Below, in pieces: positions 59,001 to 64,000 of a DNA stretch of 64,000 nt (position 1 is the first letter of the stretch; each line of letters opens with the position of its first letter). A model generated the notes under the pieces. The model worked only from the letters and a program-made list of their open reading frames with translations. It was not told where the DNA came from and did no database searches. Both the position numbers and the translations under genes were made by a program. This stretch comes from Candidatus Omnitrophica bacterium UBA6215 (GTDB taxonomy: Bacteria; Omnitrophota; Gorgyraeia; Pluralincolimonadales; Pluralincolimonadaceae). The stretch is from NCBI GenBank assembly GCA_002421665.1, contig DISH01000006.1:217784-281783 (forward strand), in the 5' to 3' direction.

Positions 59001-59139
59001 TCCTGGCTTTGACATTAGCATTAAAATTATGCGCCGCTTTCTGCTCCATTATAACCGAAAGCACCATGGTCGAGCCTATAAGCGAGAGCATGGCCAGAAC
59101 ACCAAGAGCGAAGACTATAGCGAGTCCTTTTCTCATCAT
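56014..59139 (-). CDS. Giant (1041 aa) PilX/GspK-like minor-pseudopilin protein with zinc knuckle, LamG-like and CBM-like modules (paralogue 2)
   Basis: The N-terminal ~430 aa are co-linear with paralogue 1 (AKAIAELRYG, SYSVTVIDCASRINLSD, VNVNTASAEVLRALL, CPKCGGDG...CPYCDGGG, ANANPNTGFSW, TEFSFNSGGYYEI). LamG-like GKWHQYVISW...LKVYFDGKQ. C-terminus PVIEDVTFTYLPKTQVLYTREF. Confidence 0.75.
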   Translation of the reverse strand: MMRKGLAIVFALGVLAMLSLIGSTMVLSVIMEQKAAHNFNANVKARMLAEAGVAKAIAELRYGNQGAFNDAIDSLAETAFSSGFSDNSLLGNRGSYSVTVIDCASRINLSDSNSNARLSQILQNLNTVVSAGLTTAECDNIAANRPYTTKEEIKVKAGISEAKYAKIADYITIYGYVDPTTIDPQDITTPYALQPRSPVNVNTASAEVLRALLMNIEADHSCPKCGGDGYYFDVLGTHLDCPYCDGGGSPSNITGNLIINSTEAQDLANYIVAHRPYISWESFYSSIKAFFNNGTYSSDQEVVMANANPNTGFSWARNDAWALRLGYVGKYMIDIDKNGTVEATDKGLRKSTTEFSFNSGGYYEIRSTGTYRTVAGVLLAQRGISETARLFGIVKAANQQQFDSAGNVKTNTTTYPEPAGVGVTAAAYDGQIMMDRVSRTTPNSGKFFRATYTTSLNANAAGGSSALQNPPNPGSGTLATKPNIGSVASAGSRGELMPDGMLIDTYDVVCPDYLANNNITYSAGTMEIWFKSMWNSNDTMLYNDDCKDRKIYRLMSKDEITGSGTKTWPFSTYVFYSQNFSGTQKGCSIGAQGYGYWNGTSWQYYPSKGEGSNEYAIEFCRNYVGSEALGTWNSGKWHQYVISWKEPANDGKCNPANSTSTWPGIYPKDLKVYFDGKQRSTDQNFHHLEYLDSTSAQYLMLGNEWWAGSGTVSHFQRSQLNGVVASVRIWDQQLSNAQILTEYGNGLFRKTGTYVSPTLTLPSPDTGTPVTWATASWTAITPSTEETITMAVDPAISGTYYGDWESTGSSSGEAIVNNSNNRVRSSSIRFRSVFNSTKGTAAQPDADVMQDCTDPTFETHDPGLGGSEAPLPSGWGASPSWGTFLSTKARPVHGGTWSAGNFGSARVSIDVPITGGKAYKFEGYSYLPSGYGTINCYYTMWFNGTGGYNSGEVSIMGTRDAWLYTRIPTNGSWVTAPADATLCTISLCSWASGAYIPASFDDLKLIEQGATTLVPLTDTPVIEDVTFTYLPKTQVLYTREF

Positions 59140-60350
59140 CAGTTTATCTCCCTGGGGGCGGATGACAGCTCGGAATTCATGATGCCCACCAGTTTCTGCA
59201 ACTCCATCTCCAAAGCGTAACGTTTCTTCTCCATATCGGCTTTCTTTGCGGCACCTGCCTCGGAAGACCGGGTCTTAAGGCTATCGGTCATTATAACATA
59301 TATATCGGAAAGATACTTTACCGCAATAGGCAGGCCCTTCTCGCACTCCGGATACAGGGCCGCCGCGTCTTTCCTTCCGTTCTTTAGGCTGTTACTCAAC
59401 TTTTTAAGGCGGAAACGCCACCTATCGGACCATTCATCCCACGTCACGGCGTTAAAATCGTTAAGGGACAAAGCATAGACATCTTTGAGTTCTTTATATA
59501 ATTCTTCTACGGAAGACACCTCGAGCGCAGTGTCGCTCTTCTCGTTCTTTTCGTTCTTCGCGGCTTCGGAAGCCCTTCCTATAACTACGTCGGCACTCGA
59601 AGCCGTGTAAGGTATCTTACCGTTTAAAGCTGCCTTCTTGAACTCCGGCCTCTGCATGTCAGGGATGAACACTGCTTCCACTTTATATTTGCCCGCGGCC
59701 AATTCCGTCCCGAAAGGTCCGAACGATATACTGAAGGAGTTACCCATAACGACCGACTCCCCCATGGTGATCACATTATCTATGCGTTTCAAGAATATCT
59801 TCAGGACGGCCCAATCAGGCAGCCCCGTCTTGCCGTCTACATGCAGTATTATCTTGTTCCCGTATTGTTCGATGGAATTCGATATCTCTATCCCGTAAGG
59901 GGATATCTCTGCCTCTTCTTCCCCGGCATCAAGAGGAATAGAGGCCTCCACGCCTTTTAATTGTCCGCCGGGACCTCCTGTTTTCATAGAACTGATCACG
60001 CTATCAACCTGTTTCTCTGGAAAGAACAGTACCTGCACTTCATATTTCCCGGACAGCGGTTTATCTAAAGGCCCGAGCGTAACATAATATTTGCCGGGAG
60101 AGACTTTTATGTCTTTAAAAGCGACCGGACTGCCGTTCTTCTTAACAAAAACCGATACTACGGCATCCCTCGGAAGAGTAGTCTCCCCTGAAACACTTAC
60201 TTTCGGGCCTTCCTTGGTCCTCAGGTAAAGCGCCTTATCAATGGTTATCTCGAATACAGTGTCACCGTCCGCCGCGGGGGCCAAAAAACAAAAAAAGCCG
60301 GCAACAAGTATAATTATATTAACGGCTTTTGGAAGTAACTCTCTTTTCAC
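59139..60350 (-). CDS. Secreted hypothetical protein, paralogue family member 2 (403 aa, two beta-sandwich-like repeats)
   Basis: GTG start with SD GGGAGGG at N7. Signal peptide (APAA/DG). Two repeats of a ...GKYxVxxxFxPxxQ module. W-rich C-terminal motif TWDEWSDRWRFRLKKL. 1-nt overlap with the downstream giant gene. Confidence 0.7.
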   Translation of the reverse strand: MKRELLPKAVNIIILVAGFFCFLAPAADGDTVFEITIDKALYLRTKEGPKVSVSGETTLPRDAVVSVFVKKNGSPVAFKDIKVSPGKYYVTLGPLDKPLSGKYEVQVLFFPEKQVDSVISSMKTGGPGGQLKGVEASIPLDAGEEEAEISPYGIEISNSIEQYGNKIILHVDGKTGLPDWAVLKIFLKRIDNVITMGESVVMGNSFSISFGPFGTELAAGKYKVEAVFIPDMQRPEFKKAALNGKIPYTASSADVVIGRASEAAKNEKNEKSDTALEVSSVEELYKELKDVYALSLNDFNAVTWDEWSDRWRFRLKKLSNSLKNGRKDAAALYPECEKGLPIAVKYLSDIYVIMTDSLKTRSSEAGAAKKADMEKKRYALEMELQKLVGIMNSELSSAPREIN

Positions 60351-60406
60351 GGTTTATCCCTCCCACCCGGCTATTTGACCACGCTGTTCAATTAAAATAT
60401 ATCATA

Positions 60407-61438
60407 TTATTGCCTGTTCTTCAAGTCGGCGGCTACAGCGGAAACATCCTGCTTTGTCTCTTCCAGCGCCTGTTCAAACGACCTCTTAAGAAGCGCGACG
60501 TCCTGCACAGGGAACCCCGTTTTCGCAGGTTTTGAATCCAGGGAGTTCAGCTTGATCGTATATGCCCTTAAAAGCAACGGCAGCTGGTTAAAACAGAACC
60601 GGATCCTCCTCTGGGACAGGGCATGGGTAGACACAACATAGGCCTTGGCTTCTTCTTCAAATTTCTGCCTGGCGGCACTGACCTTAGAGAACCACCTCCC
60701 CGACCAGTCTTCCCATTTCTGCGCGCTATACGAGGACCTGCTCTTCTCATATTCCGCATTAAGCTCTTTGTAAAGGGCTTCCGCCCCTGAAGCCGTCCGG
60801 TTGAGGTATTCCCTGGTCTTAGTCTCGTCGGTTTCCGCGCGTTCCCGGCTGCCTATCATCAATTCGTAAGGCTTCGAATATAACCTGTTATTGGTGCCGG
60901 TCATCGCCTCCGCCTGAACGGTATACACTCCTGATATCATGCGATTTTCGAACGGACCGAATACCACGTAGAACTCCCCTCTCTTTACGCGGGATTCTTT
61001 CATGTTTATTACCCCTCCCGCCTGCATGAAATATACCCTCAAAGGTGTGTTGTTGGCAAGTTCGCTCGTTCCGCTGACGTATATCTTGCCTCTCTTGTAT
61101 TCCGCCTTCACTTTTATGCTCGCGGAAAATACCTGCGGGGCTTCTTCCGTTTTCGGTTCCGGCTCGGGTTCGGTATTTATCTCGGGGAGCGCCGCGGTCG
61201 AATATCCCTCGGCCGGCTCCCTGGCTTCGAAAGAGCTTACATCCTTCCTGGCTATCCTCATCTTGCCTGAGCCCAATTTGATCTCGATATAATCTATTGT
61301 CTTATCGGTTATCTTCCCCTCTATAGTCCTCCCGTTCCGCAGGAAGATTATATCGGCACGTGACGAAGCCGCCATAAATAACCATATTAGCGAGATCGAT
61401 ATTATCTTAGCCGGCCTTATCATTGTCCTTCTCTCCAA
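60407..61438 (-). CDS. Secreted hypothetical protein, paralogue family member 3 (343 aa)
   Basis: Signal peptide (SSRA/D). IIFLRNGRTIEGKITDK N-terminal motif as in the 355-aa paralogue, and a W-rich KWEDWSGRWFSKV motif. The start may be the internal MIRPAK (top about 61423), which overlaps the upstream stop in ATGA fashion. Confidence 0.7.
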   Translation of the reverse strand: MERRTMIRPAKIISISLIWLFMAASSRADIIFLRNGRTIEGKITDKTIDYIEIKLGSGKMRIARKDVSSFEAREPAEGYSTAALPEINTEPEPEPKTEEAPQVFSASIKVKAEYKRGKIYVSGTSELANNTPLRVYFMQAGGVINMKESRVKRGEFYVVFGPFENRMISGVYTVQAEAMTGTNNRLYSKPYELMIGSRERAETDETKTREYLNRTASGAEALYKELNAEYEKSRSSYSAQKWEDWSGRWFSKVSAARQKFEEEAKAYVVSTHALSQRRIRFCFNQLPLLLRAYTIKLNSLDSKPAKTGFPVQDVALLKRSFEQALEETKQDVSAVAADLKNRQ

Positions 61439-64000
61439 TACTCAACCTCAACCTTAGGCAGGAAAGTTACGGTTATATCCTCAAGAACGGGAGTCCTGGA
61501 ACTCGCTGAATACTGGTCCCTGCTTATACTCGACGATGAAAGTACCGCCTTATACTGAATAAAGGGATCCGTCCCTGAAAGCTGCGCCCCATTGGTAAGC
61601 GATGACCCCCACGATGTATCCCCGGTAGGCAGACCTGAAGCGGTAGACGCTATCCTGGCATACATAGTGACGTTTGTGCTGGACATGGGTTGGGTCTGGG
61701 GGGACCACGAAACGGTTCCCCATATTACCGATGAGCCCGCGCAGAACGGCGTCGACACTAAATAACCGTTCTCGGGTATTCCCCGGATATCATCCCAATG
61801 CGTCTGCAGGACTGTTACCGCGCCGGCCTTATCAAAATCCGCCGGCCCTATGGTACACTGTCCCCTGTTGAAATCCGACCAGTCCCAACCGAGGTATTGG
61901 TTATTGGCTATATATTTGAAGATCTGGGTATTAGCCCCAAGCGTGCCCGGCGACCAGGTAGACAGGGCTCCTGAAGTACCGTTTACGAAGGACCTGTACG
62001 ATACGCTCGTCCCGGAATTCGCGCCGGCCATCCCGATGGTCTTCTCCGGCAGGTAATTGAACTGAGTATAGAACATCTTTGTATACATCCTTATCTCGTT
62101 GGTATCGCCGAAACAATAAAGAGGTTTGGGCTCAGTGGTAACGTTGGTATTGCCATGGCTGTCGTTGAGCAGGCATTTGTAGCCTCTTGCCGTCATCGTT
62201 TGCCCGCCGTATCCGGTAGGCCATGTATCATCCTGCACGCCCTTGGCGAATATCCAGCATCCGCAGAACGGCGCTTCAGGCTGCCAGTAAGTATAGCTTC
62301 CAGGAGAAGGTATCGTCTCAAGTTCCCAACTTGCCGGCCGCGTCGGGTTGTATATGTAAGTCGGGTTTCCGCTCGCGTCATAAACCGGATACACCTCCGG
62401 CTCCCCGTAACGGCCCTCAAGGCTCCCGTCAAAGACACCGTTACCGTTCTGGTCATAATAATAGACATACCTGCTGCTGCCTGAATACAGGCGCGTCGTG
62501 GGAGGCGGGAAAGACAGCGGATATACCGTTCCGTTGCCGCGCCATGCTATCCTGGTAGAAGGCGCGGGTTCTTTTACGTATGCCCTTACAAAAACGGAAT
62601 TCGTGTTAGGTCTGAAATAGTTCCTGTTGACCTCGAAATGTTTGCTTTCAAAAGTGTTGACCTCTATATATACCTCCCTGTCGCCGTCAGTATCATTATC
62701 CTGGAAATCCTGGTAACTAACGTTAAATTCGCTAGTCCCCCACCACGACCTGTTCGCGACATAACCTTTCATCATGACGGCCGAGAACGCCGGATCCTCG
62801 TCAAAATTATCCCAATACCCGAGCTTAAGAGAATCCGGAGTTGTCGCGTAACCCGGGACCTCCCATTGCATCTTGCCCGCCCCGGAATTCCAACTGTCTT
62901 CTACAGTAGGACACTCGTCAAGCCAATTAACATTGAAGACCTCCCCGTCCTGGAAGTTGCCGTATCTGCCGAACCAGGCGGCATAAAACTCTTCTTTGGT
63001 GGTCTGCGTCCACGTACCGAATACCTTGACGACCGCGGAAAGCTGTTTTACGGAAGCCGTCTGCGTGCCATTAAGCTCCCTGGCGGTAACGCCTATCGTA
63101 TAGATCCCCGCGTGGTTATATCCGCTCGTAAGTTCTGTCCTCGGGTCATACCCGAGCCTCTCAGCAGGTATAGGCGCGGCCGAAGCGAAGGAGGCCGATT
63201 TCCACTTCAACTGCACCGAATTATGGAACAATTGGTCATAGTATTCCAGGCGTATCCTGTGCCAACCGGGATTCGCGAATGTATAAGTCCCCGACGCGGT
63301 CCTGTCCCACGGATAATTTTCCGAACTTTGCTTATCCGTCCAACGGGAACAGACTAAAGTATCATTTATATAGAACCTTGCACCGTCATCGCAGGCTATC
63401 CAGAAGGTTATCGGAGTATTGACCTCGGAATCCGTTATCTCTATATAACCGGTCCAGATGACCCCGAATGTGGTAAGCCCGTAATCGCCTACCGTGGCGA
63501 TGGTCCCTCCTCCGGCAAATTCAGCGTCATGCGTCTCCGCCCAAGTATCGCCTCCGTCACCGTCGGTCCCGGGCATTACCGCGTCATCAGGAGTCTGGTA
63601 TATCTGTCCGATCTCCACTATCTTTTCGCAAAAACTTGACTTGTCAATAGCTACGTTAGGAGTTGAACCTGTCAGGTTGCTGTAATACTTGCCCAGGAGG
63701 CCGCCCCTGATTATAGGCTTATTCACCGTCAATTTGTTCTTATTAGCTTCGAAAACCGCCTGGGTAATACCGGTTGCCATCCTGATCTCGGAAATGGCGT
63801 CAAAAGGCGCGTTCTTGCATTGCGCGGACCCCTCGATATTACCGGAAACGCCTCCTACTGCGGTATTGACCGCGTCGGAGTCCCTGTAGTCTATTATGTT
63901 GGCGATCTGCTGGTTAGAAAGGAAGGTTTGGAGTATAGTTATCTGGCTTGAGTCGGTTTCATCAAAGGTATTTATATTTACCTTATCCTCCTCTGAGGAT
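61420..64000 (-). CDS. Giant PilX/GspK-like minor-pseudopilin protein with PA14 domain (paralogue 3; 5'-partial, N-terminus beyond window end)
   Basis: The reading frame stays open from the track's M at 63780 to the window edge. In that upstream part it encodes a GspK-like ANIIDYRDSD motif. It contains a PA14-like segment (GTYTFANPGWHRIRLEYYDQLFHNSVQLKWKS) and ends with PVLEDITVTFLPKVEVEYWREGQ, like paralogues 1 and 2. Confidence 0.7.
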   Translation of the reverse strand, partial: SSEEDKVNINTFDETDSSQITILQTFLSNQQIANIIDYRDSDAVNTAVGGVSGNIEGSAQCKNAPFDAISEIRMATGITQAVFEANKNKLTVNKPIIRGGLLGKYYSNLTGSTPNVAIDKSSFCEKIVEIGQIYQTPDDAVMPGTDGDGGDTWAETHDAEFAGGGTIATVGDYGLTTFGVIWTGYIEITDSEVNTPITFWIACDDGARFYINDTLVCSRWTDKQSSENYPWDRTASGTYTFANPGWHRIRLEYYDQLFHNSVQLKWKSASFASAAPIPAERLGYDPRTELTSGYNHAGIYTIGVTARELNGTQTASVKQLSAVVKVFGTWTQTTKEEFYAAWFGRYGNFQDGEVFNVNWLDECPTVEDSWNSGAGKMQWEVPGYATTPDSLKLGYWDNFDEDPAFSAVMMKGYVANRSWWGTSEFNVSYQDFQDNDTDGDREVYIEVNTFESKHFEVNRNYFRPNTNSVFVRAYVKEPAPSTRIAWRGNGTVYPLSFPPPTTRLYSGSSRYVYYYDQNGNGVFDGSLEGRYGEPEVYPVYDASGNPTYIYNPTRPASWELETIPSPGSYTYWQPEAPFCGCWIFAKGVQDDTWPTGYGGQTMTARGYKCLLNDSHGNTNVTTEPKPLYCFGDTNEIRMYTKMFYTQFNYLPEKTIGMAGANSGTSVSYRSFVNGTSGALSTWSPGTLGANTQIFKYIANNQYLGWDWSDFNRGQCTIGPADFDKAGAVTVLQTHWDDIRGIPENGYLVSTPFCAGSSVIWGTVSWSPQTQPMSSTNVTMYARIASTASGLPTGDTSWGSSLTNGAQLSGTDPFIQYKAVLSSSSISRDQYSASSRTPVLEDITVTFLPKVEVEYWREGQ

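Noticed and set aside
60351-60406. 56-nt gap between the 343-aa and 403-aa secreted-protein genes, considered for an internal promoter
   Set aside because: Only a weak TAATAT-like element overlaps the upstream stop, with no -35. The GTG start has a strong SD, so read-through within the operon is more likely.

Overview
This 64 kb window is a bacterial chromosomal segment read almost entirely on the minus strand (only rpmB and one hypothetical gene are on plus), consistent with a diderm, probably anaerobic organism.

Housekeeping content, in order:
- pilT (type IV pilus retraction ATPase), then an unannotated RNase P RNA, rnhA, a Zn-ribbon coiled-coil protein and two tRNAs (Val-CAC, Met-CAU).
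- rpoD-dnaG-nif3-cvpA.
- A bcd/etfB/etfA(+ferredoxin) butyryl-CoA dehydrogenase module.
- yceD-rpmF-plsX-fabH-fabD-fabG-acpP-fabF.
- coaD-rsmD-recG, rpmB, recJ, a CDF transporter, secDF-yajC-tgt-queA, spoIID/lytB, ruvB-ruvA-ruvC-yebC and an EF-G paralogue.

Two accessory loci stand out.
1. 9.4-22.9 kb: a putative operon of a small HTH regulator, a 1282-aa lipoprotein TolC/OEP-family outer-membrane factor (about three times normal length), and a translationally coupled 3121-aa giant membrane protein with a six-hairpin-glycosidase-like ectodomain and a GT2-like processive glycosyltransferase core.
  - Upstream of it lie a secreted protein made of 13 tandem 30-aa repeats and a dCache-HAMP-GGDEF cyclase.
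2. 51.9-64 kb (runs off the window): a tightly packed array of three ~1000-aa paralogous proteins.
  - Each has a PilX/GspK-like minor-pseudopilin N-terminal region with NVNTAS helix-hairpin motifs.
  - These are fused to a DnaJ-type CxxCxGxG zinc knuckle, to LamG/ConA-like, CBM4/9-like or PA14 lectin modules, and to a shared C-terminal motif.
  - They are interleaved with three paralogous Sec-secreted ~350-400-aa proteins.
  - I read this as a candidate pilus-tip adhesin system; it is the most likely undescribed system in the window.

Coordinates for RNA and regulatory features were derived by hand and may be off by a few nt. CDS coordinates follow the ORF track, with some starts refined.
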